Shown here: positions 18,389-29,260 of the stretch, one piece after another
How positions within the stretch are numbered: position 1 is the stretch's first letter
Layout of the letters: each line of letters begins with the position of its first letter
Assembly: GCA_043824255.1 (NCBI GenBank)
Contig: JBDRTG010000005.1
Location: 1 to 64,000 of the forward strand
Reading direction: 5' to 3'
Length of the DNA: 64,000 nt
Source: a bacterium
GTDB lineage: Bacteria; JAHJDO01
Position numbers and translations under genes: made by a program
Notes under the pieces: model-generated
Told to the model about the DNA's origin: nothing
Databases searched by the model: none
What the model saw: the letters and a program-made list of their open reading frames with translations, nothing else

Positions 18389-20262
18389 TTTGCTCTCCTT
18401 TCTTTTAACTCATCTCCTAGCCCCTTTTCTTGACAGATAAGGGGAAACACCATCTCGTTCATAAAGTTTTCATTAAAATCGCTTCTGGCAGACAGCTCTA
18501 TATAATGAGTCTGTGTAGAAATATGTTCCGCTTCTTTTTCCATATCATAGGATAATAGAACAAGTTTTGCTCCGGAAGATGACGCATTTCCAACAAAAGC
18601 AATCTTCTCTGAAGGAATGTTTGGGATTAAACCTATTCTCTTTGCATTTGTGCGGCGAATAAAATTACCGAATGCTCCCGCAAGATATACTTCAGAGATA
18701 TCTTTATCTGTAACATTCAATTCCTTCTGCAGTATTCTTATTCCTGCTGCAATAGCTGCCTTTGCGAGCTGAAGTTCGCGCACATCTTTTTGTGAGATAA
18801 AAATAGGACGCTTACTTCTGGCAGCATGTCCGTCAACAAGCAAAAAATCATTCCCTTTTTCAGTTTCTATGATTCGTCTTCGGATATTCTCATTGCCTTT
18901 GTATTCAGATTGGGAAACTATCCTGCCAGTCTCATCAACTACTCCTGCCTTTAACAATTCTGCTACTCCGTCAATTAGTCCAGTCCCACATATCCCAAAA
19001 GGTGCTACATTTCCAATAACATTGTATTCAACGTCCTCATTGATAATTACCTTTTCTATTGCACCAATAGTTGCTCTCATCCCCTGAGATATGCGCGCTC
19101 CTTCAAATGCAGGTCCTGCAGCTGTAGAAGCAGCGATTATTTTCTTATTATTGCCAAGTACTATTTCTCCATTTGTACCTATATCTATAATTAATTTAAT
19201 ATCGCTTTTTTTATGTAATTGTGTTGCCAGTACACATGCAACTGTGTCTCCTCCAACAAAACCTGCAATGCTGGGTAAAACATATACAAGAGCATCTGGG
19301 TTTATATCAATGCCTATTTTCTTTGCTTTAACTTCTACAGGTTCTCTAATCACTAGATTAAACGGAATTTTAGCAAGACTTTTTGGTGTAACCCTTAGAC
19401 AGATGTGTTGCATTGTAGAATTACCTGCAATTGCAACCTTGTATATGTTGTGAATATTTATTCCTGCCTCATTTGATAATTGCAGAATCATATTCTGCAT
19501 TTCTCTGCTTATTTTGTAAAAAAGCTTATCCAAGCCGTCCTTATCTGTTATTGTAAAGTTTATCCGAGAGATAACATCATCTCCATAAATTACCTGTGGA
19601 TTTGTTCTTGAGACAAGTGCAAGTTCCTCTCCTGTATTGAGGTCAAGAAGTGTACCTACAAGTGTTGTTGTACCAATATCAAATGCCACTCCATAATCCG
19701 TTCCCGTTGTATCTCCTTTTTCAACGCTTATTAATTCTCCATCAGAAAAGACACAAGTAACCTTATAATCTGACTCACTCAAGATTACTGAAAGGTTGCG
19801 AATAACATATATATCTGCATGAAAATCTGTATTAGTGGCTTCCCTTATTAGATTGAGATTTGCTTGTGGACTGGCAAGCGTTGGCTTTTGTAACTCTACA
19901 TATTTTTTCCAAACGCTTGGCTTAATTTCCTTTTTGTTCTGTATGCCTTTTGTAAGAATCTGCTGAGCGGATTCCATGGAAGTCTGAGGAATATCGATAA
20001 TACAGGTTGATGTTATTTTACTCTGACATGCAAGCCTCACGCCGCTTAATAGATCTTCTTTGGATAATAACCTTTTTTCTATAGTGGTTGGGAGAATGTT
20101 GCCTTCAATGACCTGAATCCTGCATTTACCACATGTTCCCTGTCCTCCGCATGGAGAAGTAATAATAATGCCTGCTCTGCCTGCAGCTTCCAATATTGAA
20201 GTGCCTGACAGTACATAAACCGAACGGTCACCCGGCTTAAAAGTAGCTTTTATTGAACTCAT
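18373..20262 (-). CDS. ASKHA-domain ATP-dependent corrinoid reductive activator (RACo/AcsV/RamA type)
   Basis: N-terminal 2Fe-2[11 protein letters not shown]...[43 protein letters not shown]. Confidence 0.9.
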   Translation of the reverse strand: MSSIKATFKPGDRSVYVLSGTSILEAAGRAGIIITSPCGGQGTCGKCRIQVIEGNILPTTIEKRLLSKEDLLSGVRLACQSKITSTCIIDIPQTSMESAQQILTKGIQNKKEIKPSVWKKYVELQKPTLASPQANLNLIREATNTDFHADIYVIRNLSVILSESDYKVTCVFSDGELISVEKGDTTGTDYGVAFDIGTTTLVGTLLDLNTGEELALVSRTNPQVIYGDDVISRINFTITDKDGLDKLFYKISREMQNMILQLSNEAGINIHNIYKVAIAGNSTMQHICLRVTPKSLAKIPFNLVIREPVEVKAKKIGIDINPDALVYVLPSIAGFVGGDTVACVLATQLHKKSDIKLIIDIGTNGEIVLGNNKKIIAASTAAGPAFEGARISQGMRATIGAIEKVIINEDVEYNVIGNVAPFGICGTGLIDGVAELLKAGVVDETGRIVSQSEYKGNENIRRRIIETEKGNDFLLVDGHAARSKRPIFISQKDVRELQLAKAAIAAGIRILQKELNVTDKDISEVYLAGAFGNFIRRTNAKRIGLIPNIPSEKIAFVGNASSSGAKLVLLSYDMEKEAEHISTQTHYIELSARSDFNENFMNEMVFPLICQEKGLGDELKERRAKWKSK

Positions 20263-21236
20263 TTGTATGCAGTACCTTTCAAGTCCTCCACATACTGCTG
20301 GGCTGAAAACGCGGCAAATGCGCCATCTCCACAGGCAGTTACTACTTGCCGCAAGATGGTTTGCCGGCAATCGCCGCATGCAAATATTCCATCGCGTGAT
20401 GTTCTCATCCTGCTATCAGCAATAACATACCCATTTTCATCCAGCTTAATTATGTCTTTGACAAAATTTGTATTTGGTACAAGTCCAACAAAGATAAACA
20501 CACCATCGCAGGAAATATCTGTCTCTTTCTTTGTTTTGAGATCTGTTAGACTAACTCCCCGAACCTTAGTCTCGCCTAGAATCTCATTTATGACTGAATT
20601 CCAGACTATGCTTATCTTCTTATTTGAAAATATCCTTTCCTGCAGAATTTTTGCCGCCCTTAATCTATCTCTTCTGTGTACCATGGTAATTTTTTTGGCA
20701 AATCTGGTTAAGAATAATGCTTCTGCTGCTGCCGCATCACCTCCTCCGACAACAATAACATCCTTGTCTTTGAAGAATGCTCCATCACACACAGCGCAAT
20801 AGGACACTCCCCTTCCAAGCAACCTCTTCTCTCCCTCTATCCCCAATATTCTGAACCGGGCACCGGAAGCGATAATCACTGATAGTGAATGATATGTTTT
20901 GTCCTTTACCTCAACCTGCCAGATATTATTAACATTCTGACGTTCAGAAAGCTGAATACTACTTACATCTTCTGCCACAAATTCTGTGCCGAAGAGTTTT
21001 GCCTGCTTTTTGAACTTATCTATCAGATCAAATCCGTTGATTCCTTCGGGAAATCCCGGATAATTTTCTATCTTATCAGTCACAAGAGCTTGACTGGACA
21101 CAGAAAGACCCTCAAGCAATAGAGTTTTCAACCTTGCTCTTGAAGCATATATCGCTGCTGTCAAGCCAGACGGCCCAGCTCCTATAATAATTACATCGTA
21201 TATAGATACAGGAATATCTTTCTCTGATTTTATCAC
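20259..21236 (-). CDS. trxB: Thioredoxin-disulfide reductase
   Basis: GAGPSG, GVSYCAVCDG, GGGD, HRRD, FACGD. Confidence 0.94.
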   Translation of the reverse strand: MIKSEKDIPVSIYDVIIIGAGPSGLTAAIYASRARLKTLLLEGLSVSSQALVTDKIENYPGFPEGINGFDLIDKFKKQAKLFGTEFVAEDVSSIQLSERQNVNNIWQVEVKDKTYHSLSVIIASGARFRILGIEGEKRLLGRGVSYCAVCDGAFFKDKDVIVVGGGDAAAAEALFLTRFAKKITMVHRRDRLRAAKILQERIFSNKKISIVWNSVINEILGETKVRGVSLTDLKTKKETDISCDGVFIFVGLVPNTNFVKDIIKLDENGYVIADSRMRTSRDGIFACGDCRQTILRQVVTACGDGAFAAFSAQQYVEDLKGTAYK

Positions 21237-21246
21237 AGTTATCCTT

Positions 21247-21870
21247 TTACTTATTCTCCTTCACAAATAAAAGAGGGAATATAATATCACTTACACAACA
21301 TGGCAGCCAGACAGCAAGAAATAAAAACAGAAAAACAAAAGGAATTAAAGGAATCCAATTTGCTATGCCGAACGCTGTGAAACCAAATAAGGATGCCCAT
21401 GTACTTAATAAAACATGCCCAAAATGTGGAAATTTAGTTTTAGGTTTCAAATAACCGATTGCAATTCCAAGTACTGCCGCAAAGTTCACAATCTTCCATT
21501 TTGCTATTCCAATAAACGGCATCTTTGCAGTTTCTATAAATGGCGCATGAAATTCCATTGGAACATTAAGCAAACCTCCCCCAAGGTAAGGGATTATAGC
21601 ATCACTTAATGTAGCTATTCCAATGGAGCCTGTATAACCAATAAGAATTGCCACCCAGAGCTTGCCTTTTCCATGCAATTTATACATAGATATTGTTGCA
21701 AGCGCGCTCAAGACGATGTGAAGAGGATGCAGAGTGTAAAAAATTGCATTAGAAGCCTCCTTGGAAGCATGAGAAAAAACTAGTACAACCATGATGATAA
21801 TGCCTGTAACAGCTCCAAGCATAGTAAATGGAACATGCCTTTTTAATTCCTTAGAAATTTGTCTTAACAT
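21247..21870 (-). CDS. Conserved hypothetical membrane protein with His motifs
   Basis: Several hydrophobic helices; HVPFT, HPLH, PHFGH, PCCVSD; start MLRQ chosen to avoid overlap with upstream gene. Confidence 0.7.
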   Translation of the reverse strand: MLRQISKELKRHVPFTMLGAVTGIIIMVVLVFSHASKEASNAIFYTLHPLHIVLSALATISMYKLHGKGKLWVAILIGYTGSIGIATLSDAIIPYLGGGLLNVPMEFHAPFIETAKMPFIGIAKWKIVNFAAVLGIAIGYLKPKTKFPHFGHVLLSTWASLFGFTAFGIANWIPLIPFVFLFLFLAVWLPCCVSDIIFPLLFVKENK

Positions 21871-21871
21871 A

Positions 21872-22099
21872 TCAGGTTTTGCATCCTCCACAATATCTGG
21901 CATTAGCACAGGTATCACCCATTTCGCAACATGGTATATCCTGTGAGGACCCTTTGGATATAATTCCTGCTCCGGCACCTATTAGTCTTCTGACATTCCC
22001 TTTGCATTTCGGACATTTCTTAACTGGTTCATCACTCATGTTTTGAAACTTCTCAAATTCATGATCGCACTTTAAACACTCATACTCATAAGTAGGCAT
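21872..22099 (-). CDS. FmdB-family zinc-ribbon protein
   Basis: MPTYEYECLKC...CPKC. Confidence 0.88.
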   Translation of the reverse strand: MPTYEYECLKCDHEFEKFQNMSDEPVKKCPKCKGNVRRLIGAGAGIISKGSSQDIPCCEMGDTCANARYCGGCKT

Positions 22100-22769
22100 T
22101 ATTTCTCTCCCCAAAGACAACCGTTCCTAATCTAACCAGATTACTTCCTTCTTTGATTGCTACTTTGTAAGAATTTGACATTCCCATAGATAATGTCTCC
22201 ATCTTAACTCCTGTTAAGTTAAGCGCTTTTATCCTTTCAAAAATATCCTTTGCTTTCCTGAAATAAGGTCTCGAATCTTCGGGATTTCCAAACCGAGGCC
22301 CCATTGTCATCAGACCTTCAAAACTTAAATGTTCAAGTTTTGAAATTTCTCTAACTAAATTTTCAATAACTTCATATTCCGGTTTTATACCCGCTTTTGT
22401 CATTTCGCTGCCAATGTTTATTTCTAAATATACGGAAACTGTTTTCCCTATTCCTTGTGCTCTTTTATCAATAGCTGCTGCTTTTTCCAAAGAATCAACT
22501 GTTTGTATAACATCAAAAATTCTAAGCGCTTTGTTAATCTTATTTTTTTGTAAATGTCCTATCATGTGCCACCTAACCTTTTTTGCTTTTTCACCCAAAG
22601 AATCATACATTTTCTCAGCTTCCTGCACATAATTTTCCCCAATGTCTGTAGCGCCAGCCTCTATAACCTCTTCAATCTCTTCTCTGGTCCTTGTCTTACC
22701 TGCTAAAACCATAGTTACGTTGTCTGGAATTTCTTCTCTAATTCTTTGATAGTTTTCCGCTATACACAT
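22086..22769 (-). CDS. yggS: PLP homeostasis protein (YggS family)
   Basis: GENYVQE, WHMIGHLQKNK, GLMTM, LSMGMS, VRLGT.VFG. Confidence 0.92.
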   Translation of the reverse strand: MCIAENYQRIREEIPDNVTMVLAGKTRTREEIEEVIEAGATDIGENYVQEAEKMYDSLGEKAKKVRWHMIGHLQKNKINKALRIFDVIQTVDSLEKAAAIDKRAQGIGKTVSVYLEINIGSEMTKAGIKPEYEVIENLVREISKLEHLSFEGLMTMGPRFGNPEDSRPYFRKAKDIFERIKALNLTGVKMETLSMGMSNSYKVAIKEGSNLVRLGTVVFGERNNAYL

Positions 22770-23211
22770 CTATTTTGTCTCTGTAATCAATAATTAATCT
22801 GCCTTTTAAATGGTCTATTTCATGCTGCAAGACCCTTGCTAAAAGTCCTTTAGCCTTTATTTCTATGTTTTTTCCCTTCTCATTTAAACCTTTTACAACA
22901 ACCTCAAAAGGCCTTTTTATATCAACTGTAATATCAGGAATGCTTAAACAACCCTCCACCATATTATCCGACCCCCTTATATCAATAATCTCGGGGTTAG
23001 CTAATTTTATAGTTCTCTCCTCGACACAGGCAACAATTAATCTTTTAGATATACCAATTTGAGGCGCAGCTAATCCTATGCCACAGAAATATTTCATTGT
23101 AAGAAACATCTTATCGAAAAGTTTTTTCTCTCTATTTGTAATCTTTTCTACCTGCATGCATTTTTCTCTGAGAATTTTATTAGGATGTTTTTTAATTACT
23201 AATGGATTCAT
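22738..23211 (-). CDS. def: Peptide deformylase
   Basis: GIGLAAPQIG, EGCLS, QHEIDHL. Confidence 0.94.
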   Translation of the reverse strand: MNPLVIKKHPNKILREKCMQVEKITNREKKLFDKMFLTMKYFCGIGLAAPQIGISKRLIVACVEERTIKLANPEIIDIRGSDNMVEGCLSIPDITVDIKRPFEVVVKGLNEKGKNIEIKAKGLLARVLQHEIDHLKGRLIIDYRDKIDVYSGKLSKN

Positions 23212-23376
23212 ACTAATCACTTTACTTAAACTGCTGCCATTTAATTCAACTCATTTTTATTTATTAGTTTATCCTTGGTTGGTTATTTATTCAATTAAAA
23301 AAATCCTTGCCTGAATTGACGATTGAAGCCTGTTGTGATATATTCTAAGTGATTTGGAATTGGCAAAAAAAGCAAA

Positions 23377-24234
23377 ATGAAAAGATGTCTGATTATAGTA
23401 TTTATTTCAATATTCTTTTGCTCAAGTTGCGCAACGCCACCAGGCCATTATATCAAAGGAAAGCCATATGTAGGCAAAAGAAACGATCCTATCTCTGACC
23501 CAAGATACCCTCGGATAGAAATAGGAAAAGAAATAAAAATTATAAATACGTTAGGACATTATGTTTTTTCTTTACCTTCAAAGTTAATTTTATGGAACTG
23601 GAATATTGATAAGCACTGGATTTCTCAGAGAGTAATTGATGATATTGAAGAATACCTAAAAACTAATAATTTATGGGACGTTAAGATTCGAATTAATCAA
23701 TATAATCCAATGAGAGAGTTCAGACGATTAAGAAAAAACTATAGGGTAGGCGCAGGATACAGATGGACTTTCGGCATAATTGCATGGATTAATTATATGA
23801 TATACCCTGGTATTTTATTTGGAGGAGATTCTTACAATTCGTATACAGACACAGTAAATATATATTCTAATCTATCATCCATTGCCTATCATGAATGTGG
23901 CCATGCAAAGGATTTTTCACGGCGAAAGCTAAAGGGGACCTACAACCTCCTGTATATGGTGCCCATCTGGACAGAAATACTTGAATACAGAGCAACCAAA
24001 GATGCTATAAGATATACATACTACAAAAAAGAGAAAGACAGTGAGCTAGAGTCTTATAAAGTGCTCTTCCCTGCTTTTGGATCTTATGTTGGAGGAGAAA
24101 CGTCAAATCTGTTTATGGTCCCATTTTATCCTGTATATCTGGGAGCAATATTGGGAGGACATGTCGCAGGTCGAATTAAGGCGCACAAGAGAAACAAAAA
24201 CTACGATGAATACTTGATGGAGCTAGATAAATAA
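23377..24234 (+). CDS. Hypothetical lipoprotein with HExxH motif
   Basis: Signal peptide ending CSSC; HECGH...E zincin-like motif. Confidence 0.65.
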   Translation: MKRCLIIVFISIFFCSSCATPPGHYIKGKPYVGKRNDPISDPRYPRIEIGKEIKIINTLGHYVFSLPSKLILWNWNIDKHWISQRVIDDIEEYLKTNNLWDVKIRINQYNPMREFRRLRKNYRVGAGYRWTFGIIAWINYMIYPGILFGGDSYNSYTDTVNIYSNLSSIAYHECGHAKDFSRRKLKGTYNLLYMVPIWTEILEYRATKDAIRYTYYKKEKDSELESYKVLFPAFGSYVGGETSNLFMVPFYPVYLGAILGGHVAGRIKAHKRNKNYDEYLMELDK

Positions 24235-25262
24235 TGAACCTTTTTTTTAAATATATCATAAAGCCAATTCTCATTATCGTTATCTTAATTGGATATCATT
24301 CTGCTATATCTTATGCATTGGAACGCAACGAACCCAGTTCGCTAACAGAACCGGATAATTGCCTGAGATTTTTCTTGCGAATTGATTATGACGATAAAGG
24401 ATTGAAATCAGCTGCTGATTTAATAATACAATCCTTTGTGCAAAGCAGAATCGTTCAGAACAGAGATCTGAAAATTTCGAATATATCTCTTCCTGTTTTT
24501 GATAAAATCTGGGGCAATATATATATATCCGACACAGGAGAAACCACATATTTTATTACAGGGCATATAGTAAGTGAAGCCTCTGATATCTCTATGAAAA
24601 TAGGAGATCTAGCAGTATCTCTTAAAATTGGAGACAAAAAAAGCAGCAAAATGTTGCGAAAGACAATTTTATCTGGTCTTTTAAGTAAACACATTGGTGG
24701 TGCAGATGGGGCAAAAACCAAGACAGGTATTGTTTACAATGAAAACAGAAAGAAAAGAGGAGAGTTGTCAGCATATACTTTTATTGAAGATAATATAGTC
24801 GTTGGTTCTGCACTAAATATTGTTGAATATGCAAAAAGAAACTTTAACAATCTAAACACTCAAGCAACATTAAACGATAAAACTGATGGGTATATTACAT
24901 TGGAAAACAAAAACAATCTATTGCTTCGTCTATTGAGTAAATACTCCAGCAATCTTGGATTTTCTTTGGCAACGTCTCCTGACCTAAATAAAATCAACAA
25001 CCTCAAAATAAAGTTTGATGTTGTTGATCAGGACAGAATAAAGCTCTCCTTTAATCTAATATCTTCTGACATCACTTCTCATGGACAAAACACGCTTCAG
25101 AACGATATAAAGTTTATATTGGACCTACTGAGCAGAATTTGCATGCGAAAAAACATTGATTTCAGTTATAATCTTAAAGATAATTTAAACGTGGATATTG
25201 AGTTAAACAGTCTAGGAAAATACTGGAATAGCCTGACTGGAGTCTCGAATACAACGAATTAA
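24234..25262 (+). CDS. Hypothetical exported protein
   Basis: 342-aa ORF coupled by TAATG; N-terminal hydrophobic segment. Confidence 0.6.
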   Translation: MNLFFKYIIKPILIIVILIGYHSAISYALERNEPSSLTEPDNCLRFFLRIDYDDKGLKSAADLIIQSFVQSRIVQNRDLKISNISLPVFDKIWGNIYISDTGETTYFITGHIVSEASDISMKIGDLAVSLKIGDKKSSKMLRKTILSGLLSKHIGGADGAKTKTGIVYNENRKKRGELSAYTFIEDNIVVGSALNIVEYAKRNFNNLNTQATLNDKTDGYITLENKNNLLLRLLSKYSSNLGFSLATSPDLNKINNLKIKFDVVDQDRIKLSFNLISSDITSHGQNTLQNDIKFILDLLSRICMRKNIDFSYNLKDNLNVDIELNSLGKYWNSLTGVSNTTN

Positions 25263-25319
25263 GATTTCAATTGACTTATATATGTTGGTTGATATGATGT
25301 ATCAATTTTTAAATTAATT

Positions 25320-26144
25320 GTGGATTTGTTAATGATAGGAAAAACGTTTGGCAGATATTTAATTCAGAATATTATCAAGTCAGGTGGAGTGGCTCACATA
25401 TACAAAGCAAGTGATTCTATAACAAATGATATAGTAGCAATTAAGATGCTCCGGCAATCTGCTACAAGCCGCAGAGCAATAAAAGGATTCATCCAAGAAA
25501 CTAAGATGCTAAAAAAGCTAAATCACCCAAATATAATTCGAGTAATGGATTTTGGGGAAAAAGATGGAATGCCTTATATGGTGATGGAATATATTAATGG
25601 GGAAGATCTAAAAAGGCTCCTGCTTTATAAAAAAACTAAAAAACTTCAGAGATATGATCTCATTTTACAGATAGGAAAAGGACTAGATTATCTCCATGAA
25701 AATAATATAATCCATCATGATATAAAGCCTGAAAATATTCTGGTTTCGGAAAATAATGAAGTAAAAATTATAGATTTTGGTCTGGCACGTTACAACAGGT
25801 TAAGTATCTTCACACGTAACCGCTTTATTGACGGCACACCTACATACATGTCCCCTGAACAGATAAGAAAAAGACATACAGACAATAGAACAGACATATA
25901 TTCTTATGGAATCACCATATATGAAATGCTAACCGGCAAAGTTCCCTATCAAGCTAATGATAAAAACACAATTATGAGAGCTCACATTGATATACATATA
26001 CAACCAAGATTAGTCTCTTATTACGATTCCAGCATACCAAAAAATATTGAAAATTGTGTGATGAAGGCAATAGAAACGAATCCAAATAAAAGGCATAGAA
26101 CGGTGTCGGAAATGATCCTGGACTTTAGTAGAATTAAATTCTAA
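25320..26144 (+). CDS. Hanks-type Ser/Thr protein kinase (catalytic domain only)
   Basis: VAIK, HHDIKPEN, DFG, GTPTYMSPEQ, DIYSYG; candidate promoter TTGACT-16-TATGAT at 25271-25298. Confidence 0.92.
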   Translation: MDLLMIGKTFGRYLIQNIIKSGGVAHIYKASDSITNDIVAIKMLRQSATSRRAIKGFIQETKMLKKLNHPNIIRVMDFGEKDGMPYMVMEYINGEDLKRLLLYKKTKKLQRYDLILQIGKGLDYLHENNIIHHDIKPENILVSENNEVKIIDFGLARYNRLSIFTRNRFIDGTPTYMSPEQIRKRHTDNRTDIYSYGITIYEMLTGKVPYQANDKNTIMRAHIDIHIQPRLVSYYDSSIPKNIENCVMKAIETNPNKRHRTVSEMILDFSRIKF

Positions 26145-26158
26145 AAAGGGAGGCAGAT

Positions 26159-27322
26159 ATGAAAAAAAAGAATACGAAATTCATATTAGTTACTATGATC
26201 CTAATAATTGCTATTTACGTTGGATGGCAGGCATATTCTCTATTCCTTCAAAAAGACATTTCTAATCAGTATAAAAAAGCAGACATGTTTTATAATAAAG
26301 GCGATTTTGAAAAAGCAACGACTATTTATGCTGATCTGTTAAATAAAAGTCAAAAGTATAAATTTACATCCAAAGAAAAACAGGCAGAACTTGTTTATAG
26401 ACTTGCTATATGCAACAAAAAAATGGGGAATTTGGAAAATACTGAGACTCTTCTCGGCAGGATTACAGACCAGTTCAAAAATTCAGAATATATTGACGAA
26501 ACACTACTTGAACTGGGTGAATTGGCACAGACAAAAGGTGATCTTAAAAAAGCAGAGACCCTATATGACAGGATATTAAACGAACATCCTAACAGTAACA
26601 TCTTTTTTAATGCTCTGTATGCCAAAGCTCGCGTTTATAAACTGCAAGGTAAACTCTTAGATGCTCTCTCTCTACTCGAGAGGGTTACTCTGAAGTCTGA
26701 TAGTGATGAATTAAAAAATACAGCATACAAAGAGATTGGGGACATAAACGTAAGGCTCATCTTCTCTCCTATTCCTACAAAAGATAGTGTAATTTACAAG
26801 GTAAAAGCTGGAGATATTCTCAGTTCAATTGCTAAACAATTTAATACTACGATTGATTTGATTAAAAAAAGCAATAAGCTGAAAAATGATGCAATAAGAC
26901 CTGGCAAGAGACTAAAAATAACTTCCGGATCCGGCTTCTATATTGAGGTGTATACAAAGTCTAATAAGCTTATCTTGAAAAACAATGGGAAGCCTGTAAA
27001 AGCATACACAGTAGCTACTGGAACTCATGACGGCACACCTCTGGGAAATTTTAAAATAGTAAATAAGCTTAAAAATCCACCTTGGTATACCGCAGGCACT
27101 AGAGTTCCCGCAGATAGCCCCAAAAATGTGCTCGGTACCCGTTGGATGGGAATATCTGAGAAAGGATATGGAATACACGGAACAATAGATCCTGCCAGCA
27201 TCGGAAAACAATCTACAGAAGGCTGCATAAGAATGTATAATAAGGACGTAGAAGAGTTGTTTGACCTTGTGCCCATTGGAATACCTGTAACTATAATTAA
27301 GACACAGGGAGACAAAAAATGA
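26159..27322 (+). CDS. Membrane-anchored TPR + LysM + L,D-transpeptidase
   Basis: N-terminal TM helix, TPR helices, LysM YKVKAGDILSSIA, YkuD motif GYGIHGT...GCIRM. Confidence 0.9.
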   Translation: MKKKNTKFILVTMILIIAIYVGWQAYSLFLQKDISNQYKKADMFYNKGDFEKATTIYADLLNKSQKYKFTSKEKQAELVYRLAICNKKMGNLENTETLLGRITDQFKNSEYIDETLLELGELAQTKGDLKKAETLYDRILNEHPNSNIFFNALYAKARVYKLQGKLLDALSLLERVTLKSDSDELKNTAYKEIGDINVRLIFSPIPTKDSVIYKVKAGDILSSIAKQFNTTIDLIKKSNKLKNDAIRPGKRLKITSGSGFYIEVYTKSNKLILKNNGKPVKAYTVATGTHDGTPLGNFKIVNKLKNPPWYTAGTRVPADSPKNVLGTRWMGISEKGYGIHGTIDPASIGKQSTEGCIRMYNKDVEELFDLVPIGIPVTIIKTQGDKK

Positions 27323-28278
27323 CGACAAATGGTCTTGAATTTGAGAAGCCTATCATAGAGCTGGAGAAAAGGATAGAAGAGTTAAAAGCCTTTGCTTCTA
27401 CAGAAAATATAGATTTTTCAGATGAGATAAAAGTACTTGAGAAAAAGGCACTTGAAACGAAAAAAAGAATATACCAGAATCTTACAGCATGGCAAAGAAT
27501 GCAGATTGCCCGTCATCCTGACAGACCATATACTCTGGACTATATTAATGCCCTTATGAAAAATTTTATCGAGCTTCATGGCGATAGATCATTTGCTGAT
27601 GACCAGGCAATAATAGGAGGATTGGCTAGCTTTCAAGATAAAACGGTTATGGTGATTGGTCACCAGAAAGGCAGAAATACAAAAGAGAACCTTAACAGAA
27701 ACTTCGGGATGCCTCATCCTGAGGGTTATAGAAAAATGTTAAGATTAATGAAAACAGCTGAAAAATTTTTCATTCCAATCATTTCTTTTATTGACACTCC
27801 AGGTGCCTATCCGGGTATTGGAGCAGAAGAAAGAGGACAGGCAGAGGCAATTGCGCACAACTTAAAAGAAATGGCCCATCTTCAAGTACCTACGATTGTT
27901 ATAATTACTGGAGAAGGCGGTAGTGGAGGAGCACTGGCGATTGGATTAGGAAATAAAGTTTTTATGCTGGAGAATGCTGTCTACTTTGTATGCACTCCTG
28001 AAGCATGCGGCGCGATCCTCTGGAAAGACAGAACTAAAGCTCCTGAAGCTGCAGAAGCGCTTTGCATAACAGCATCGGATTTGAAAAAATTTAAAGTTAT
28101 TGACGCAATAATACCTGAACCAGTTGGCGGAGTGCATAGAAATCCATCCGAAGTAACCGAGAATATCAGGAATACGTTAAAAACCTGTTTAAGTGAACTA
28201 GCTAAACTTTCTCCTGAAGAAATTAGTAATCAAAGGTACGAAAAATACAGAAAAATAGGCAAGTTTTTAGAGAAGTAG
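27319..28278 (+). CDS. accA: Acetyl-CoA carboxylase carboxyltransferase alpha subunit
   Basis: LEFEKPI, ARHPDRP, ELHGDR, DTPGAYPG, GEGGSGGA. Confidence 0.96.
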   Translation: MTTNGLEFEKPIIELEKRIEELKAFASTENIDFSDEIKVLEKKALETKKRIYQNLTAWQRMQIARHPDRPYTLDYINALMKNFIELHGDRSFADDQAIIGGLASFQDKTVMVIGHQKGRNTKENLNRNFGMPHPEGYRKMLRLMKTAEKFFIPIISFIDTPGAYPGIGAEERGQAEAIAHNLKEMAHLQVPTIVIITGEGGSGGALAIGLGNKVFMLENAVYFVCTPEACGAILWKDRTKAPEAAEALCITASDLKKFKVIDAIIPEPVGGVHRNPSEVTENIRNTLKTCLSELAKLSPEEISNQRYEKYRKIGKFLEK

Positions 28279-28306
28279 CAGTATAACCCCCCTTTTGTAA
28301 CCTTCG

Positions 28307-28379
28307 TAGCCCCAAGGGGAATTGAACCCCTGTTCCATGGCTGAGAACCACGTGTCCTGGTCCACTAGACGATGGGGCC
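28307..28379 (-). tRNA. tRNA-Glu (CTC), CCA not encoded
   Basis: Cloverleaf GGCCCCA...TGGGGCT; anticodon arm CGTGG-TT-CTC-AG-CCATG. Confidence 0.92.
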
Positions 28380-28383
28380 AGAG

Positions 28384-28454
28384 TTGCCCCGCAAGGACTC
28401 GAACCTCGACCAGATGATCCAGAATCATCCGTCCTACCATTAGACGACGGGGCA
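28384..28454 (-). tRNA. tRNA-Gln (CTG), CCA not encoded
   Basis: TGCCCCG...CGGGGCA; anticodon arm GATGA-TT-CTG-GA-TCATC; GTTCGAG T-loop. Confidence 0.93.
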
Positions 28455-28467
28455 AAATGCTGAGCCA

Positions 28468-28495
28468 ATTATAAAAAAACATTATATAAAGTCAA
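28468..28495 (-). promoter_or_regulatory. tRNA operon promoter
   Basis: TTGACT, 16 nt, TATAAT just upstream of tRNA-Gln. Confidence 0.7.
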
Positions 28496-28513
28496 GATTT
28501 AACTCTTAACTCC

Positions 28514-29236
28514 CTATATCCCTCTTGCTAAGGTATATACAAGAATTTCTCTTGCCCCAGCCTGCAATAAGACTCTGGAACATTCATTAACAGTTGCACC
28601 TGTTGTCATAACATCATCAACAAGTAAAATCCTTTTTCCATTTAGTTTTTGTTCATTCCTTACTGAAAACGCTCCCTTAACATTCTTAGTACGTTCTTTC
28701 AGAGAAAGGCCTGTTTGTGAAGGAGTTGCTTTCGTTCTCTTTAAACTAGTTTTTGACAATGGTATATTGAACTTCTTACTAATCTTTTCCCCTATTAGTT
28801 CAGCCTGATTAAATCCTCTGGAATATTCTCGTATCCAATGGAGGGGTACAGGAACAATTAAATCGCAGCTAAGGAAATCAAGACTATTTGGCAATAAAAA
28901 CACCTCAAACAACGCGTTTAAGAGATACGTCTTTTTCTTATATTTTAAAAAATGTATACACTCCTTTACTGAGCTATCATATATTCCGCTAGCGCGTGCT
29001 TTTGAGAAACAAAACTGTTTCTCTCTGCATATTCCACAAATACCATTTATAAAAGGCCTACCACATTTATTGCAAACCTTTCCAGTAATAGGTATTATGT
29101 TTTTCTTGCATGCATCACAAAGATAGGTATCAGTCTGATATGAAAGCTGTTTTTTGCATATTAGGCAATAAACCGGGAAAACAAGATTAACAATAAATTT
29201 GAACAGTTTGTTTAATTGCTCTACAAAAAGTTTCAT
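28514..29236 (-). CDS. comF: ComF family protein (zinc ribbon + PRTase domain)
   Basis: Four CxxC motifs, PVPLH, RGFNQ, LLVDDVMTTGATV. Confidence 0.9.
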   Translation of the reverse strand: MKLFVEQLNKLFKFIVNLVFPVYCLICKKQLSYQTDTYLCDACKKNIIPITGKVCNKCGRPFINGICGICREKQFCFSKARASGIYDSSVKECIHFLKYKKKTYLLNALFEVFLLPNSLDFLSCDLIVPVPLHWIREYSRGFNQAELIGEKISKKFNIPLSKTSLKRTKATPSQTGLSLKERTKNVKGAFSVRNEQKLNGKRILLVDDVMTTGATVNECSRVLLQAGAREILVYTLARGI

Positions 29237-29260
29237 TCAGATGAGATTAAATTCCAATCA

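Noticed and set aside
18373..21978. N-terminal extensions in the ORF track (20379, 21978; also 40617, 46880, 62021)
   Set aside because: They overlap upstream genes; downstream ATGs fit the family N-termini better
28223..28482. ORFs 28223-28468 and 28267-28482
   Set aside because: They overlap tRNA-Glu and tRNA-Gln and are spurious
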